Shown here one piece after another: positions 47,616 to 60,025 of a DNA stretch of 64,000 bases. Every line of letters begins with the position of its first letter. The stretch's first letter is position 1. The DNA is from Bacteroidales bacterium. GTDB lineage: Bacteria; Bacteroidota; Bacteroidia; Bacteroidales; BM520. The notes under the pieces are model-generated. The model had not been told where the DNA came from. It saw only the letters and a list, made by a program, of their open reading frames with translations, and ran no database searches. The stretch lies in NCBI GenBank assembly GCA_031276035.1, contig JAISNV010000044.1, forward strand, positions 76,393 to 140,392, read 5' to 3'. The translations under genes were made by a program, and so were the position numbers.

Positions 47616-47623
47616 TATCTTTG
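47616..47623 (+). promoter_or_regulatory. -7 promoter box TATCTTTG for the rpsL operon
   Basis: TATCTTTGCAGCCTG, about 205 nt upstream of the rpsL ATG. Confidence 0.55.
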
Positions 47624-47629
47624 CAGCCT

Positions 47630-47828
47630 GATTTGGAAAGTTGAAATATCTATGCTGTGTTTCAGTACTTTCCTTAAATTTGAGAAACCTGACAAGATAA
47701 GGCAAATATAGGTTTCAAACTGTGAGAAGGTCACAGAATGTAGTCTTATCCCGCCCAATCTGTCTGTTTCCCAGATTTTTAACAAAAATTTTGATAAATA
47801 ATTTTAAAAGATAAAATAAAAATTTAGT
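47630..47828 (+). promoter_or_regulatory. Structured 5' leader of rpsL-rpsG-fusA (about 200 nt), a candidate r-protein autoregulatory leader or attenuator
   Basis: Hairpins at 47635-47673 (GGAAAGUUGAAA/UUUCAguACUUUCC), 47684-47716 (GAAACCU/AGGUUUC), 47720-47736 (CUGUGA/UCACAG), and 47757-47780 (AAUCUG/CAGAUU followed by U-run). Confidence 0.4.
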
Positions 47829-48212
47829 ATGCCTACAATACAACAATTAGTTAGAAAAGGTCGTCAAAAACTTACTGACAAGAGTAAATGCCCTGCATTG
47901 GATTCTTGTCCGCAACGTCGCGGTGTTTGTGTAAGGGTTTACACTACTACACCCAAAAAACCGAATTCGGCAATGAGAAAAGTTGCAAGGGTTCGTTTAA
48001 CCAATCAAAAAGAGGTTAATGCTTATATTCCCGGTGAAGGTCATAATTTGCAAGAACACTCTATAGTTCTTATCAGAGGTGGTCGTGTGAAAGATTTGCC
48101 AGGTGTTCGTTATCATATTGTAAGAGGTGCTCTTGATACAAGCGGTGTTGAAGGAAGAACTCAAAGACGTTCAAAATACGGTGCAAAACGACCGAAAGCA
48201 GGAAAAAAATAA
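47829..48212 (+). CDS. rpsL: 30S ribosomal protein S12
   Basis: [12 protein letters not shown]...[15 protein letters not shown]. Confidence 0.97.
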   Translation: MPTIQQLVRKGRQKLTDKSKCPALDSCPQRRGVCVRVYTTTPKKPNSAMRKVARVRLTNQKEVNAYIPGEGHNLQEHSIVLIRGGRVKDLPGVRYHIVRGALDTSGVEGRTQRRSKYGAKRPKAGKK

Positions 48213-48236
48213 AATTAAATAATATTATATAATAAT

Positions 48237-48704
48237 ATGAGGAAAGCAAAACCAAAAAAACGCATAATACTTCCGGATCCGATATACGGCAGCCCGAAAG
48301 TAACTAAATTTGTTAATAATATTATGCTTCAGGGCAAGAAAAATCTTGCATACGGTTTATTCTACGATGCTATTAATATAGTAAGTGAAAAATCAGGAGA
48401 AAATGGTTTGGAAATTTGGGAAAAAGCACTTACAAATGTTACTCCATCGGTTGAAGTAAAGAGTCAACGTGTGGGTGGTGCTACATTTCAAATACCTACG
48501 GAAATTCGTGCAGGACGTAAAGAATCTATCGGTATGAAAAACTTAATAGGTTACGCCCGTAAACGCCATGAAAAATCTTTTAGTATGAAACTTGCTAGCG
48601 AAATTTTGGCAGCATACAAAGAAGAAGGCGCAGCATTCAAACGTAAAGAAGATATCCACAGAATGGCTGAAGCTAATAAAGCTTTTGCTCATTATAGAAC
48701 TTAA
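48237..48704 (+). CDS. rpsG: 30S ribosomal protein S7
   Basis: [17 protein letters not shown]... is uS7, in str operon order. Confidence 0.96.
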   Translation: MRKAKPKKRIILPDPIYGSPKVTKFVNNIMLQGKKNLAYGLFYDAINIVSEKSGENGLEIWEKALTNVTPSVEVKSQRVGGATFQIPTEIRAGRKESIGMKNLIGYARKRHEKSFSMKLASEILAAYKEEGAAFKRKEDIHRMAEANKAFAHYRT

Positions 48705-48722
48705 TAGAAAGTTAAATACGCA

Positions 48723-50825
48723 ATGTCTGATAGATTACTACATACAAGAAATATTGGGATAATGGCCCATATTGACGCTGGTAAAACTACCACGACTGAG
48801 CGTATATTGTATTATACCGGAGTTAATTATCGTCTCGGAGAAGTGCACGAAGGAACTGCCGTAATGGACTGGATGCCGCAGGAACAAGAACGCGGAATCA
48901 CAATTACATCGGCAGCTACTACTGTGTTCTGGAATTATGATGATCAAAAATATAAAATTAATATTATTGATACGCCGGGACATGTTGATTTTACGGTAGA
49001 AGTTGAAAGATCTTTGAGAATACTCGATGGAGGTGTTGTAGTTTTTTGTGCTGTAGGCGGAGTTGAACCGCAATCCGAAACAGTTTGGAGACAAGCCGAT
49101 AAATATAAAGTTCCCAGAGTATGTTATGTTAATAAAATGGACCGCATGGGATCTGATTTCTTTAGAGTTGTCGAAGAAATCAAATCAAAATTAAATGCTA
49201 AACCTTTAGTATTGCAAATACCCATCGGTGAAGAATTAGCTTTTGTCGGTATTGTTGACCTTATTGAGAATAAAGCTTTCGTATGGGATGAAGAATCAAA
49301 CGGCGAAACTTATGAAGAATATGAAATACCTACCGAATTAATAGACGTAGTTAATGAATATCGTGCGATACTGATTGAAACTGTTGCCGAATTGGATGAG
49401 GAGCTTATGAATAAGTATTTCATTGATTCCGATTCTATCACAACGGAAGAAATCAGAAACACTATCAGAAAAGCAACTATCGATCTTAAATTATTTCCGG
49501 TTATCTGCGGTTCTTCATTCAAAAATAAAGGTGTTCAAGCCATTTTAGATGCAGTAGTAAATTATTTGCCCTGCCCGTTGGATATTCCTCCGGTTTACGG
49601 AACTGATTTTAAAGGTAATCAAGTGCTTGTAAAACCTGATGAAAACGCACCGTTTAGTGCTTTGGCTTTTAAAATTCAAACTGATCCTTTTGTAGGGAGA
49701 TTGGTTTTTTTCAGAGTCTATTCGGGTAAGTTCATAGCGGGTTCACAATTCTTAAATGCAAATACAGGAAAAAAAGAAAGAATGTCTAAGATTCTTCAAA
49801 TGCATGCAAACAAACAAAACCCGCTAAATGAAATTTTAGCCGGAGATATTGCTGCAGGAGTAGGATTTAAAGAAATTAAAACGGGAGATACTTTGTGTGA
49901 TCCCTCACACCAAATTCTTCTTGAAAACATTACTTTTCCAGAACCTGTAGTACAAATAGCCGTTGAAGCTAAAAAGCAGGAAGATGTAGAAAAACTCAAT
50001 ATCGCCTTGGCTAAAATGGCAGAGGAAGATCCTACTTTTACAGTGTCTTTTGATGGCGAAACAGGACAAACTATAATAAGCGGTATGGGTGAATTGCACC
50101 TGGATATTATTTTAGACAGATTATCGCGTGAACAAAATATAGATTGTTCTAAAGGACGTCCTCAGGTTGCATATAAAGAAACTATCACAAAAACTCTTAT
50201 TCACCGTGAAGTTTACAAAAAACAAACCGGTGGACATGGAAAATTTGCAGATATAGAATTTGAAATTAGTCCGGCAGATGATAATAAACCAGGATTACAG
50301 TTTATAAACGAAACAAGAGGCGGTGTGATTCCATCGCAATATATTCCGGCTATTGAAAAAGGATTTAAAAATGCAATGCAAAACGGTGTATTATTAGGCT
50401 ATCCTGTTTACGGAATAAAGATCAGATTGCTTGACGGTTCTTCACATGAAGTTGACAGTGATGCTTTAGCTTTTGAAATAGCTGCGGGTATTGCTTTCAG
50501 AGCTGCATGTAAATTAGCAGGTCCTGTTATTTTAGAGCCCGTTATGAAAATTGAAATAGTTTCCCCTGCGGAATATATCGGTGATATCTCAGGCGATTTA
50601 CATCAAAGAAGAGCACAGGTTACCAAAATGGATTCCAGAGGTGAGCTACAAGTGTTACATGCCAACGCGCCATTAGCCGAAATGTTCGGTTATATCAGTG
50701 CATTAAGAAATATTAGTTCGGGAAGAGGTACTTTCTCAATGGAATTCTCTCATTATTCGGTACCGCCGCGCAATATTATGGAAGAAGTAATTTATAAAAT
50801 AAAAGGTTATAAAGTAGATTTTTAA
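48723..50825 (+). CDS. fusA: Elongation factor G
   Basis: G-domain motifs [21 protein letters not shown]. 700 aa. Confidence 0.97.
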   Translation: MSDRLLHTRNIGIMAHIDAGKTTTTERILYYTGVNYRLGEVHEGTAVMDWMPQEQERGITITSAATTVFWNYDDQKYKINIIDTPGHVDFTVEVERSLRILDGGVVVFCAVGGVEPQSETVWRQADKYKVPRVCYVNKMDRMGSDFFRVVEEIKSKLNAKPLVLQIPIGEELAFVGIVDLIENKAFVWDEESNGETYEEYEIPTELIDVVNEYRAILIETVAELDEELMNKYFIDSDSITTEEIRNTIRKATIDLKLFPVICGSSFKNKGVQAILDAVVNYLPCPLDIPPVYGTDFKGNQVLVKPDENAPFSALAFKIQTDPFVGRLVFFRVYSGKFIAGSQFLNANTGKKERMSKILQMHANKQNPLNEILAGDIAAGVGFKEIKTGDTLCDPSHQILLENITFPEPVVQIAVEAKKQEDVEKLNIALAKMAEEDPTFTVSFDGETGQTIISGMGELHLDIILDRLSREQNIDCSKGRPQVAYKETITKTLIHREVYKKQTGGHGKFADIEFEISPADDNKPGLQFINETRGGVIPSQYIPAIEKGFKNAMQNGVLLGYPVYGIKIRLLDGSSHEVDSDALAFEIAAGIAFRAACKLAGPVILEPVMKIEIVSPAEYIGDISGDLHQRRAQVTKMDSRGELQVLHANAPLAEMFGYISALRNISSGRGTFSMEFSHYSVPPRNIMEEVIYKIKGYKVDF

Positions 50826-50836
50826 AACTAAATAAA

Positions 50837-51142
50837 GTGAACCAGAGAATTAGAATAAAATTAAAATCATACGATCACAATCTCGTAGATAAATCCGCAG
50901 AGAAGATCGTTAAAACAGTAAAATCGACAGGCGCAGTGGTTACCGGACCGATTCCATTGCCTACCAACAAACAAATTTTCACTGTAAACCGTTCAACCTT
51001 CGTGAACAAAAAATCACGGGAACAGTTTCAACTTTCTACATATAAAAGATTGTTGGATATTTACAGTTCAACAACAAAAACTATAGATGCTTTAATGAAA
51101 CTCGAATTACCGAGCGGCGTTGAAGTAGAAATTAAAGTATAA
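50837..51142 (+). CDS. rpsJ: 30S ribosomal protein S10
   Basis: [20 protein letters not shown] start. Confidence 0.95.
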   Translation: MNQRIRIKLKSYDHNLVDKSAEKIVKTVKSTGAVVTGPIPLPTNKQIFTVNRSTFVNKKSREQFQLSTYKRLLDIYSSTTKTIDALMKLELPSGVEVEIKV

Positions 51143-51161
51143 TTATTAAAAATAAACGAAA

Positions 51162-51791
51162 ATGTCAGGATTAATTGGAAAAAAATTGGGTATGACCAGC
51201 GTTTTTGATGAAAACGGGAAAAATATTCCGTGCACAATCATTGAAGCGGGTCCATGTTATGTAACCCAAGTTAAGACATTGGAGAACGATGGTTATGAAG
51301 CTATTCAGTTAGCTTTCGATGACAAAAAAGAAAAGCGTACACCAAATGCTATGAAAAAGCATTTTGAAAAAGCCGGAGTTACTCCTAAAAGAATTGTAAG
51401 AGAATTTACAAGATTCGAACCAGGATCACGTAAAGATTATGGAGAAGAATTACGCGTGGATATATTCATAGAAGGTGAATTTGTTGACGTAGTAGGTACA
51501 TCAAAAGGTAAAGGTTTTCAAGGTGTTGTTAAAAGACACGGTTTCTCCGGAGTAAACGATCAAACTCACGGCCAGCACAACAGAATGAGAGCACCGGGTT
51601 CTATCGGAGCTTCTTCTTATCCTTCAAGAGTATTCAAAGGAATGCGTATGGCAGGACGAATGGGTGGCGACAGAGTTAAAATGATCAACCTCCAAGTGAT
51701 GAAAATAATTCTTGAAAAGAATTTAATATTAGTTAAAGGAGCTGTTCCGGGCTCAGTTGGATCATATGTAATTATTGAGAGATGGAGTTAG
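51162..51791 (+). CDS. rplC: 50S ribosomal protein L3
   Basis: [15 protein letters not shown]...[14 protein letters not shown]. Confidence 0.96.
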   Translation: MSGLIGKKLGMTSVFDENGKNIPCTIIEAGPCYVTQVKTLENDGYEAIQLAFDDKKEKRTPNAMKKHFEKAGVTPKRIVREFTRFEPGSRKDYGEELRVDIFIEGEFVDVVGTSKGKGFQGVVKRHGFSGVNDQTHGQHNRMRAPGSIGASSYPSRVFKGMRMAGRMGGDRVKMINLQVMKIILEKNLILVKGAVPGSVGSYVIIERWS

Positions 51792-52411
51792 TAGTATATA
51801 ACATAAAAGGTAGTGAGACTTCCAGGAAAGTCGAACTTAAAGACGAGGTTTTCTGTATCGAGGCTAACGATCATGCGATCTACCTAGATGCAAAGCAATA
51901 TATGGCTAACCAACGTCAAGGTACACACAAAGCTAAAGAAAGAAGTGAAGTATCCGGAAGTACCAGAAAGTTGAAAAGACAAAAAGGTACCGGTACCGCA
52001 CGTTCGGGTGATATTAACAGCCCGTTGATGAGAGGCGGCGGTAGAGTTTTCGGTCCTAAACCGAGATTATACCGTTTCAAACTTAATAAAAAATTAAAAG
52101 CTTTAGCTCGTAGATCCGCTTTGTCTTACAAAGTAGCTGATCAAAAGTTAACTATTATCGAAGATTTTAATTTCGATACAAATAAAACAAAAAACTTTGT
52201 TGAGCTGATGAAAAATTTTAACCTTACAGGTAAAAAAGTATTATTGGTATCACAAAAAGCGGATTCCAATTTGCAATTATCGGCAAGAAATATTCAAGGG
52301 GCCGAAATAATTAATGCGGATTGTTTGAATACTTATACGATACTTAAAGCACATCATATGCTTGTTGTTGAAAGTGCTATTGGTGATATTGAAAGAATTT
52401 GTTTAAAATAA
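51782..52411 (+). CDS. rplD: 50S ribosomal protein L4
   Basis: [19 protein letters not shown] is the uL4 motif. The start overlaps the rplC stop. Confidence 0.94.
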   Translation: MELVVYNIKGSETSRKVELKDEVFCIEANDHAIYLDAKQYMANQRQGTHKAKERSEVSGSTRKLKRQKGTGTARSGDINSPLMRGGGRVFGPKPRLYRFKLNKKLKALARRSALSYKVADQKLTIIEDFNFDTNKTKNFVELMKNFNLTGKKVLLVSQKADSNLQLSARNIQGAEIINADCLNTYTILKAHHMLVVESAIGDIERICLK

Positions 52412-52428
52412 TTTAACAGCATAGAGAA

Positions 52429-52719
52429 ATGGAAATTATTATTAAACCTTTAGTAACTGAAAAGATGACGTTGATGACTGAAAAGCTCAACCGTTATGCT
52501 TTTGTAGTTAATAAAAAGGCAAATAAAATAGAGATAAAAAAAGCCGTTGAAAAATTATATGGTGTTGACGTTGCTGATGTCAATACAATGAACTATAGCG
52601 GCAAAGCTAAATCAAGATTCACCAAGAGTGGATTTGTAAGTGGAAGAACAAATGCTTATAAAAAGGCAATTGTTACTTTAGTATCAGGTCAAGTTATTGA
52701 TTTTTATAGCAATATTTAA
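52429..52719 (+). CDS. rplW: 50S ribosomal protein L23
   Basis: IIKPLVTEK...[14 protein letters not shown]. Confidence 0.94.
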   Translation: MEIIIKPLVTEKMTLMTEKLNRYAFVVNKKANKIEIKKAVEKLYGVDVADVNTMNYSGKAKSRFTKSGFVSGRTNAYKKAIVTLVSGQVIDFYSNI

Positions 52720-52727
52720 GAAAAGTA

Positions 52728-53552
52728 ATGGCTCTAAAGAAATTTAAACCAACAACTGCAGGTCAGCGCTTTAAAGTGATAAGCGCATTTGACGAGATTA
52801 CCACCAATAAACCGGAAAAAAGTTTGTTGCAACCAAAGAAGAAATCAGGTGGTAGGAATAATGCAGGAAAAATGACTATGCGCTACATAGGCGGTGGTCA
52901 CAAGCAACAATACAGAATTATTGATTTTAAACGCGATAAGGAAGGTATTCCTGCTGTTGTTAAAAGCATAGAATATGATCCTAACAGAACAGCTCGTATA
53001 GCATTGTTGAACTATGCTGATGGTGAAAAACGTTATATCATAGCTCCTCACGCTTTACAAGTAGGTCAAAAAGTTAATTCCGGAAAAGGTGCTAGCCCTG
53101 ATTTGGGAAATTCTCTTTATTTAAGTGAAATTCCATTCGGTACTATCATTCATAATATCGAATTAAAACCAGGTCAAGGAGCGAAAATGGCTCGCAGTGC
53201 AGGTTCTTACGCACAACTTATGTCGAGAGACGGTAAGTATGCTATCATTAAACTTCCTTCTGGCGAAACAAGAATGATTCTTCAATCTTGTAAGGCTACT
53301 ATAGGAATGGTGAGTAATGTTGATCATAGTTTGGAACGTTCGGGAAAAGCAGGCCGTTCAAGATGGAAAGGTCGCAGACCGAGAGTTCGTGGGGTTGTTA
53401 TGAATCCTGTTGATCACCCAATGGGTGGTGGTGAAGGTAGAGCATCCGGCGGTTTACCACGTTCAAGAAAAGGTATTCCTTCTAAAGGTTATAAAACACG
53501 TGCTCCCAAAAAAGCATCTGATAAATATATTATTGAAAAACGCAAAAAATAA
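52728..53552 (+). CDS. rplB: 50S ribosomal protein L2
   Basis: [15 protein letters not shown]...[13 protein letters not shown]. Confidence 0.97.
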   Translation: MALKKFKPTTAGQRFKVISAFDEITTNKPEKSLLQPKKKSGGRNNAGKMTMRYIGGGHKQQYRIIDFKRDKEGIPAVVKSIEYDPNRTARIALLNYADGEKRYIIAPHALQVGQKVNSGKGASPDLGNSLYLSEIPFGTIIHNIELKPGQGAKMARSAGSYAQLMSRDGKYAIIKLPSGETRMILQSCKATIGMVSNVDHSLERSGKAGRSRWKGRRPRVRGVVMNPVDHPMGGGEGRASGGLPRSRKGIPSKGYKTRAPKKASDKYIIEKRKK

Positions 53553-53559
53553 TTAGAGT

Positions 53560-53829
53560 ATGAGTCGTTCATTAAAGAAAGGTCCGTATATACATTACAA
53601 ACTCGAAAAAAGAGTTCTGGAACAAGCTGCATCACCGAAAAAGAACGTGATAAAAACTTGGTCACGTGCCTCTATGATATCTCCGGATTTTGTAGGATTG
53701 ACAATTGCTGTTCATAACGGTAATAAATTTATTCCGGTGTATGTTACTGAAAATATGGTAGGACATAAATTAGGCGAATTTGCTCCCACAAGAATATTTA
53801 GGGGTCATGCCGGTAATAAAAAAAGGTAA
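53560..53829 (+). CDS. rpsS: 30S ribosomal protein S19
   Basis: [11 protein letters not shown]...[24 protein letters not shown]. Confidence 0.96.
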   Translation: MSRSLKKGPYIHYKLEKRVLEQAASPKKNVIKTWSRASMISPDFVGLTIAVHNGNKFIPVYVTENMVGHKLGEFAPTRIFRGHAGNKKR

Positions 53830-53848
53830 ATAATAAATTAATAAGATA

Positions 53849-54274
53849 ATGGGATCAAGAAAACATAACAAAGCAGAATTGCGTAAGGAAGCAAATAAAA
53901 CTAAATACTTTGCTTCACTGAGAAACGTTCCAACTTCTCCGAGAAAAATGCGTTTAGTTGCTGATATGGTTAGAGGTATGGAAGTTGAAAAAGCACTTTA
54001 TGTTCTTAAATTCTCAAATAAGCATGCATCTAACGATATGTACAAACTTCTTTCAAGCGCTATAGCTAATTGGAAAACCAAAAATGAAGGAGAAAGACTT
54101 GACGAAGCTAACTTGTATATTAAAGAAGTTTTCGTTGACGAAGGCCGTACATTAAAACGCATTCAACCTGCACCGCAAGGTCGCGCGCATAGAATTAGAA
54201 AACGTTCAAATCATGTTACTATGATTTTGGATAGTAAAGCTAAAGTAGTTAAATCAGAAGAAAATAATAATTAG
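53849..54274 (+). CDS. rplV: 50S ribosomal protein L22
   Basis: [14 protein letters not shown]...[14 protein letters not shown]. Confidence 0.94.
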   Translation: MGSRKHNKAELRKEANKTKYFASLRNVPTSPRKMRLVADMVRGMEVEKALYVLKFSNKHASNDMYKLLSSAIANWKTKNEGERLDEANLYIKEVFVDEGRTLKRIQPAPQGRAHRIRKRSNHVTMILDSKAKVVKSEENNN

Positions 54275-54298
54275 AGTTCTCAGAAAAAATTATACCGA

Positions 54299-55009
54299 AT
54301 GGGACAAAAAACAAATCCAATAGGCAATAGGTTAGGTATCATCAGAGGATGGGACTCTAACTGGTACGGTGGTCGTAATTTCGATGAAAAATTAGTAGAA
54401 GACGATAAAATCCGTAAATATTTAAATGTTCGTTTATCAAAAGCGGGTATTTCGAAGATTTTTATCGAAAGAACGCTTAAAATAGTTACAGTAACCATCT
54501 TCACAGCTCGTCCCGGTTTAATCATCGGTAAAGGCGGACAAGAAGTTGACAAGCTTAAAGAGGAGCTTAAAAAAGTCACTAAAAAAGATATTCAAATAAA
54601 TATCTCCGAAATCAAACGTCCGGAGTTAGATGCAGTATTAGTAGCAAGCACAATTGCGAGACAAATTGAAGGCAGAGTATCATATCGTCGTTCAATAAAG
54701 ACTAATATCGCATCTGCAATGAGAATCGGTGCGGATGGTATTAAAGTTTTAATATCCGGTCGTTTAGGTGGTGCCGAAATGGCAAGAAGCGAGCAATATA
54801 AAGACGGAAGAATTCCTTTGCACACATTACGTGCAGATATAGATTATGCTCATGATGAAGCACATACAACTTACGGCAGAATTGGTGTAAAAGTGTGGAT
54901 TTGTAAAGGTATGATTTACGGAAAACCGGATCTATTTACTCAAAATGTACCGCAAAAAGGTGGTAAACCACAACAAGGCGGTCCGAAACAAAGAAGACCA
55001 AGAAGATAA
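54299..55009 (+). CDS. rpsC: 30S ribosomal protein S3
   Basis: [23 protein letters not shown]. Confidence 0.96.
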   Translation: MGQKTNPIGNRLGIIRGWDSNWYGGRNFDEKLVEDDKIRKYLNVRLSKAGISKIFIERTLKIVTVTIFTARPGLIIGKGGQEVDKLKEELKKVTKKDIQINISEIKRPELDAVLVASTIARQIEGRVSYRRSIKTNIASAMRIGADGIKVLISGRLGGAEMARSEQYKDGRIPLHTLRADIDYAHDEAHTTYGRIGVKVWICKGMIYGKPDLFTQNVPQKGGKPQQGGPKQRRPRR

Positions 55010-55032
55010 TAATTTAATAAATTTAGATAGAA

Positions 55033-55461
55033 ATGTTACAACCAAAGAAAACTAAGTACAGAAAAGTCCAAAAAGCTAAAATGAAAGGCAATTCCATGAG
55101 AGGAAACCAACTTGCATTTGGCTCATTTGGTATTAAGACTTTGGAAGAGTGTTGGCTTACAGGAAGACAGATCGAAGCAGCTCGTCAGGCCGTTACCAGA
55201 AAGATGAAGCGTGAAGGTCAAATATGGATTAGAGTATTTCCTGATAAACCGATTACTAAGAAACCCGCTGAGGTACGTATGGGTAAAGGTAAAGGTGCTC
55301 CCGAAATGTTTGTTGCACCGATTACCCCCGGTAGAATTTTATTCGAAGCCGAAGGTGTACCGTTGGCATTAGCAAAAGAAGCTTTGCGATTGGCTGCGCA
55401 AAAACTTCCCGTAAAAACTAAATTTGTAGTTAGAAGAGATTACGTTGAAGATTCAATTTAA
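55033..55461 (+). CDS. rplP: 50S ribosomal protein L16
   Basis: [14 protein letters not shown]...[10 protein letters not shown]. Confidence 0.96.
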   Translation: MLQPKKTKYRKVQKAKMKGNSMRGNQLAFGSFGIKTLEECWLTGRQIEAARQAVTRKMKREGQIWIRVFPDKPITKKPAEVRMGKGKGAPEMFVAPITPGRILFEAEGVPLALAKEALRLAAQKLPVKTKFVVRRDYVEDSI

Positions 55462-55467
55462 AAGACC

Positions 55468-55677
55468 ATGAAACAGCAAGAAATTATAGAATTAAGCACT
55501 AATGAACTTATTGAGAAGTTAGACGAGTGGCAAAACCAACTTACAAAACTGAAAATTAACCATTCTATTTCTCCACTTGATAATCCGAGTAAAATTAAAG
55601 TTCATAGAAGAACCATTGCTCGCATGAAAACAGAATTAAGACGTAGAGAAATTAGTGCAACAAAATCTGTAGAATAA
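55468..55677 (+). CDS. rpmC: 50S ribosomal protein L29
   Basis: 69 aa with an uL29-like helical sequence, in S10 operon order. Confidence 0.9.
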   Translation: MKQQEIIELSTNELIEKLDEWQNQLTKLKINHSISPLDNPSKIKVHRRTIARMKTELRRREISATKSVE

Positions 55678-55931
55678 TGGAAAGAAAACTTAGAAAAGAG
55701 AGGATAGGCCTGGTTGTAAGTAACAAAATGGATAAATCTATTGTCGTTAGAATAGACAGGCGCGTAAAACATCCTATGTACGGAAAATTCGTAAAGAAAT
55801 CAACAAAATTGATGGCTCATGACGAAAATAATGAATGCAATATAGGTGATACTGTAAAAATTATGGAAACAAGGCCATTAAGTAAGAATAAATGTTGGAG
55901 ATTAGTTAATATTATCGAAAGGGCTAAATAG
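55677..55931 (+). CDS. rpsQ: 30S ribosomal protein S17
   Basis: [19 protein letters not shown]...VKHPMYGK. Confidence 0.94.
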   Translation: MERKLRKERIGLVVSNKMDKSIVVRIDRRVKHPMYGKFVKKSTKLMAHDENNECNIGDTVKIMETRPLSKNKCWRLVNIIERAK

Positions 55932-55932
55932 T

Positions 55933-56301
55933 ATGATACAACAAGAAAGCAGATTAGCAGTAGCCGATAATAGCGGCGCAAAAGAGGTATTGTGTATTAG
56001 AGTACTCGGCGGTACGAGAAAAAAATACGCAACAATTGGTGATACTATCGTTGTTACAGTGAAAAGTGCTATACCATCAGGTACAATTAAGAAAAGTGCT
56101 GTTCAAAAAGCTGTGATAGTAAGAACTAAAAAAGAAATCCGCAGACCCGACGGATCATATATCCGCTTCGATGATAATGCATGTGTGTTACTCAATAATG
56201 CAGGTGATATGGTAGGTACTCGTATCTTCGGTCCCGTGGCAAGAGAGTTACGTGATAAACAATATATGAAAATTGTTTCATTAGCACCGGAAGTTTTATA
56301 A
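55933..56301 (+). CDS. rplN: 50S ribosomal protein L14
   Basis: [27 protein letters not shown]. Confidence 0.97.
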   Translation: MIQQESRLAVADNSGAKEVLCIRVLGGTRKKYATIGDTIVVTVKSAIPSGTIKKSAVQKAVIVRTKKEIRRPDGSYIRFDDNACVLLNNAGDMVGTRIFGPVARELRDKQYMKIVSLAPEVL

Positions 56302-56321
56302 TCATTAAATAGAGTATAGTC

Positions 56322-56642
56322 ATGAAGAAAAAAATGCATATAAAAAAGGGTGATACAGTAATTGTTATTGCCGGTGAATCAAAAGGGATGCGTGGTAGAG
56401 TGCTCAGGGTAGATTATAAAAATGATAAAGCTATTGTGGAAGGAGTTAATATGATTTCCAAACACGAACGCCCAAATGCTAAAAATCCTAATGGAGGAAT
56501 CATTAAAAAAGAAGCCCCGATTACAATATCAAATTTGATGTATGTTGATTCGTCTAATAAACCTACCCGTATCGGTAGAAAAGTTAATGCAGACGGAAAA
56601 ATTGTTCGTTATTCTAAAAAAACCGGAGAGGAGATTAAATAA
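56322..56642 (+). CDS. rplX: 50S ribosomal protein L24
   Basis: [17 protein letters not shown]. The start may instead be the ATG at 56334. Confidence 0.93.
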   Translation: MKKKMHIKKGDTVIVIAGESKGMRGRVLRVDYKNDKAIVEGVNMISKHERPNAKNPNGGIIKKEAPITISNLMYVDSSNKPTRIGRKVNADGKIVRYSKKTGEEIK

Positions 56643-57199
56643 TGGAATATACACCAAGACTTAAAACAAAATATAACGATGAGATAATTGCTAATCTAAC
56701 AAAGCAATTTGAATATAAAACGGTTATGCAAGTGCCAAAACTTACTAAGATTTGCTTAAATCAAGGTATTGGGGGGGCTATTGCAGATAAAAAACTCATC
56801 GATTACGGTATAGAAGAAATGACCGCTATAGCAGGTCAAAGAGCCGTATCTACAAAAAGTAAAAAAGATATCTCTAACTTCAAATTGCGTAAAAATATGC
56901 CGGTAGGTGTTAGAGTTACTCTTAGAGGTCATAGAATGTATGAATTTTTAGATCGTCTTATATCGGTTTCAATTCCTCGTATAAGAGATTTTAAAGGCAT
57001 TAACGATAAAGGTTTCGATGGTAGAGGTAATTACTCAATGGGTGTTACCGAACAAATAATCTTTCCTGAAATTAATATCGATAAAGTTAATAAAATCAAC
57101 GGTATGGATATTACATTCGTTACAACAGCACAAACCGATAAAGAGTGTTTAGAGTTATTAAAACAATTCGGCTTACCATTTAAAAATCAAAATAAATAA
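56642..57199 (+). CDS. rplE: 50S ribosomal protein L5
   Basis: [11 protein letters not shown]...uL5. Start overlaps the rplX stop. Confidence 0.95.
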   Translation: MEYTPRLKTKYNDEIIANLTKQFEYKTVMQVPKLTKICLNQGIGGAIADKKLIDYGIEEMTAIAGQRAVSTKSKKDISNFKLRKNMPVGVRVTLRGHRMYEFLDRLISVSIPRIRDFKGINDKGFDGRGNYSMGVTEQIIFPEINIDKVNKINGMDITFVTTAQTDKECLELLKQFGLPFKNQNK

Positions 57200-57204
57200 C
57201 CCGT

Positions 57205-57474
57205 ATGGCAAAAGAATCAATGAAAGCTCGCGAAGTAAAGAGAGCAAAACTTGTAGCAAAATATGCTGATAAACGTGCTAAATTATTGGCGGAAGGTGAT
57301 TATGTAGGTTTACAAAAATTACCAAGAAACGCTTCGCCGGTACGTTTACACAACAGATGTAAATTAACAGGTCGTCCAAAAGGTTATATCAGGAAATTCG
57401 GGATATCCAGAATCAACTTCAGAGAAATGGCTCTGAAAGGTTTAATACCCGGAGTTAAAAAAGCCAGTTGGTAG
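57205..57474 (+). CDS. rpsN: 30S ribosomal protein S14
   Basis: [13 protein letters not shown]...[12 protein letters not shown]...SRI.FRE. Confidence 0.94.
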   Translation: MAKESMKAREVKRAKLVAKYADKRAKLLAEGDYVGLQKLPRNASPVRLHNRCKLTGRPKGYIRKFGISRINFREMALKGLIPGVKKASW

Positions 57475-57504
57475 TAAAAAATTAGAAATTAAAATTATTA
57501 TAAA

Positions 57505-57900
57505 ATGTTAACGGATCCAATTGCAGATTATTTAACACGTATCAGAAACGCCGTTATGGCTAAAAAAGATATGGTGGAAATTCCTTCATCTAAATTGAAG
57601 AAATCTATGACCGAGATATTATACAATAAAGGATATATCTTGGATTACAAATTCGAAGACGAATTTCCGGGAAGCATTAAGATAGCGTTGAAGTACCATC
57701 CGGTTACTAAATTACCCGCTATAACTAAGCTAACCCGAGTTAGTAAACCTGGTTTAAGAAAATATGTTGGAGCTGATGAATTACCGCGTGTTCTCAACGG
57801 CTTAGGCATTGCCATCTTATCAACATCGAAAGGTGTTATTACAGATAAAGAAGCCCGTGAATTGAACGTAGGCGGTGAAGTCATTTGTTACATTAGTTAG
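57505..57900 (+). CDS. rpsH: 30S ribosomal protein S8
   Basis: [16 protein letters not shown]. Confidence 0.96.
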   Translation: MLTDPIADYLTRIRNAVMAKKDMVEIPSSKLKKSMTEILYNKGYILDYKFEDEFPGSIKIALKYHPVTKLPAITKLTRVSKPGLRKYVGADELPRVLNGLGIAILSTSKGVITDKEARELNVGGEVICYIS

Positions 57901-57913
57901 AAAGGAGATTATT

Positions 57914-58468
57914 ATGTCAAGAATAGGTAAAGCCCCGATAACAATCCCCACTGGTGTAACAGTTACTGTTTCCGGTGAAAATTTGGTAACCGTAAAAGGT
58001 CCAAAAGGAGAATTAAAACAACAAGTTGATCCTGCTATCGCTGTTAAGATAGAAGGTACGGAAATATTAGTTCAACGTCCGAGTGATGAAAAAGAGTATC
58101 GTTCAAAACACGGTCTATACCGCGCTCTTATTCAAAATATGGTTACAGGCGTTTCCGAAGGATATAGAATAGTACAAGAATTAGTAGGCGTTGGTTATAA
58201 AGCTGAAGCTAAAGGTCAAATTCTTGAATTGTCTTTAGGTTATTCTCATAACATCCATTTGGAATTATGTCCCGAAGTTAAAGTTGAAACTATTACGGAA
58301 AGAGGTAAAAATCCATTAATTATATTAACATCTAACGATAAACAATTAATCGGACAAGTTGCCGCTAAAATCAGATCTTTCAGAAAACCTGAACCGTACA
58401 AAGGTAAAGGTATTAAGTTCCAAAATGAAGTGTTACGTAAAAAAGCAGGTAAATCAGCAGCTAAGTAA
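57914..58468 (+). CDS. rplF: 50S ribosomal protein L6
   Basis: MSRIGKAPITIPTGVTV. The track start at 57875 overlaps rpsH. The ATG at 57914 is preceded by AAAGGAG. Confidence 0.94.
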   Translation: MSRIGKAPITIPTGVTVTVSGENLVTVKGPKGELKQQVDPAIAVKIEGTEILVQRPSDEKEYRSKHGLYRALIQNMVTGVSEGYRIVQELVGVGYKAEAKGQILELSLGYSHNIHLELCPEVKVETITERGKNPLIILTSNDKQLIGQVAAKIRSFRKPEPYKGKGIKFQNEVLRKKAGKSAAK

Positions 58469-58483
58469 AAAATCTTAAGAAGC

Positions 58484-58837
58484 ATGAAAAGTAAAAAAGA
58501 AATAAGAAGAGGTCAAATTAAAAAACGTATCAGACGTGTTATCAACGGTACGGCTGAAAGACCACGTATGTCGGTATTTAGAAGTAATAAAGAAATTTAT
58601 GTACAACTTATAGACGACACTAAGGGAAATACTCTTGTAGCAGCTTCTTCAAGAACTATTGAAGGTGCAAGTTCTATTGCAAAAATAGAACAAGCTAAAA
58701 TGGTAGGTAAAAATATCGCTGAAAAAGCATTACAAGCTGGTATTACTAATGTTGTATTCGATAGAAACGGTTATTTGTATCACGGTAGAGTTAAATCTTT
58801 AGCAGAAGCTGCTAGAGAAGGAGGCCTTAAATTTTAA
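58484..58837 (+). CDS. rplR: 50S ribosomal protein L18
   Basis: [20 protein letters not shown]...[23 protein letters not shown]. Confidence 0.95.
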   Translation: MKSKKEIRRGQIKKRIRRVINGTAERPRMSVFRSNKEIYVQLIDDTKGNTLVAASSRTIEGASSIAKIEQAKMVGKNIAEKALQAGITNVVFDRNGYLYHGRVKSLAEAAREGGLKF

Positions 58838-58842
58838 GAATT

Positions 58843-59361
58843 ATGTTAGACGCAAATATAAAAAGAGTAAAATCAAGCGAAATCGAATTTAAAGATAGGC
58901 TTGTTAGTGTTCAAAGGGTAACTAAAGTTACTAAGGGTGGACGTACATTCAGTTTTTCTGCTGTTGTAGTTGTCGGTAATGAAGAAGGTGTTGTAGGTTA
59001 TGGCCTCGGTAAAGCCAGCGAAGTTACTGCAGCTATTGCAAAAGGTGTCGATGATGCTAAGAAAAACCTAATTAAGGTTCCTGTATTAAAAGGTACTGTT
59101 CCTCATGAACAGGAAGGTAAATACAGTGGTGCAAGAGTATTTCTAAAACCGGCAGCCCCAGGTACTGGTGTTATTGCAGGAGGTGCTATGCGTGCAGTAT
59201 TGGAAAGTGTTGGTATAACAGACGTTCTTGCTAAATCTAAAGGTTCATCAAATCCACACTCAGTGGTGAAAGCTACCTTTGATGCTTTGATGAAAATGCG
59301 CGATCCTTATACGATTGCTCAACTAAGAGGTGTCGACTTAAAAACAGTGTTTAACGGATAA
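58843..59361 (+). CDS. rpsE: 30S ribosomal protein S5
   Basis: [35 protein letters not shown]. Confidence 0.96.
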   Translation: MLDANIKRVKSSEIEFKDRLVSVQRVTKVTKGGRTFSFSAVVVVGNEEGVVGYGLGKASEVTAAIAKGVDDAKKNLIKVPVLKGTVPHEQEGKYSGARVFLKPAAPGTGVIAGGAMRAVLESVGITDVLAKSKGSSNPHSVVKATFDALMKMRDPYTIAQLRGVDLKTVFNG

Positions 59362-59374
59362 AATTTTTTGAATT

Positions 59375-59554
59375 ATGGAAAAAATTAAAGTAACTCAAAC
59401 AAGAAGTGTCATCGGAAGACCTAAAAAACAAAAACTTACGATGATTGCGCTCGGGTTGACTAAAATGAATAAAACCGTTGAGCATAATGCAACTCCTCAA
59501 ATTTTAGGTATGATAGATAAGGTTAAACACCTTGTTAAAGTTGAAAATGTTTAA
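59375..59554 (+). CDS. rpmD: 50S ribosomal protein L30 (below the ORF-track size cutoff)
   Basis: Hand translation gives [59 protein letters not shown], 59 aa. Position between rpsE and rplO. Confidence 0.9.
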   Translation: MEKIKVTQTRSVIGRPKKQKLTMIALGLTKMNKTVEHNATPQILGMIDKVKHLVKVENV

Positions 59555-59572
59555 TAAGTAAATCTTGAATAT

Positions 59573-60019
59573 ATGGATTTAAGTAATCTAAAACCTGCAA
59601 AAGGTTCAGTAAAGAAAAGTAAAAGAATAGGTCGTGGTCAAGGCTCCGGTAAAGGTGGAACTTCTACAAGAGGACATAAGGGTGCTAAATCACGCTCTGG
59701 ATATTCTCACAAGATAGGTTTTGAAGGTGGTCAAATGCCATTGCATCGCCGCTTACCGAAATTCGGCTTCAAAAACATCAACCGTGTAGAATATGTTGGT
59801 ATTAATCTTGACACTATTCAACAACTTGTTGAAAAAACCAATATTACCGATTTGGATAAAGCTTTCTTCATAGATAACGGCTTTGTGTCTAAAAACGATT
59901 TAATAAAAATTCTCGGTAGAGGTGAATTGAAAACTAAAGTTAATATTAAAGCTAATGCTTTTACTGCAACAGCTCAAAAAGCTATTGAATCATTAGGCGG
60001 AGAAGCTACTAAAATTTAG
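59573..60019 (+). CDS. rplO: 50S ribosomal protein L15
   Basis: LSNLKPAKGS...RIGRGQGSGKGGTSTRGHKG. Confidence 0.95.
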   Translation: MDLSNLKPAKGSVKKSKRIGRGQGSGKGGTSTRGHKGAKSRSGYSHKIGFEGGQMPLHRRLPKFGFKNINRVEYVGINLDTIQQLVEKTNITDLDKAFFIDNGFVSKNDLIKILGRGELKTKVNIKANAFTATAQKAIESLGGEATKI

Positions 60020-60025
60020 TAAATT

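Noticed and set aside
47496-47785. ORFs of 71 aa (plus strand) and 82 aa (minus strand) upstream of rpsL.
   Set aside because: They overlap each other and the promoter and structured leader, and they have low-complexity AT-rich translations.
50826-50836. No tuf gene between fusA and rpsJ.
   Set aside because: As I recall, this is normal for Bacteroidota, where tuf lies elsewhere. It is not a deletion.
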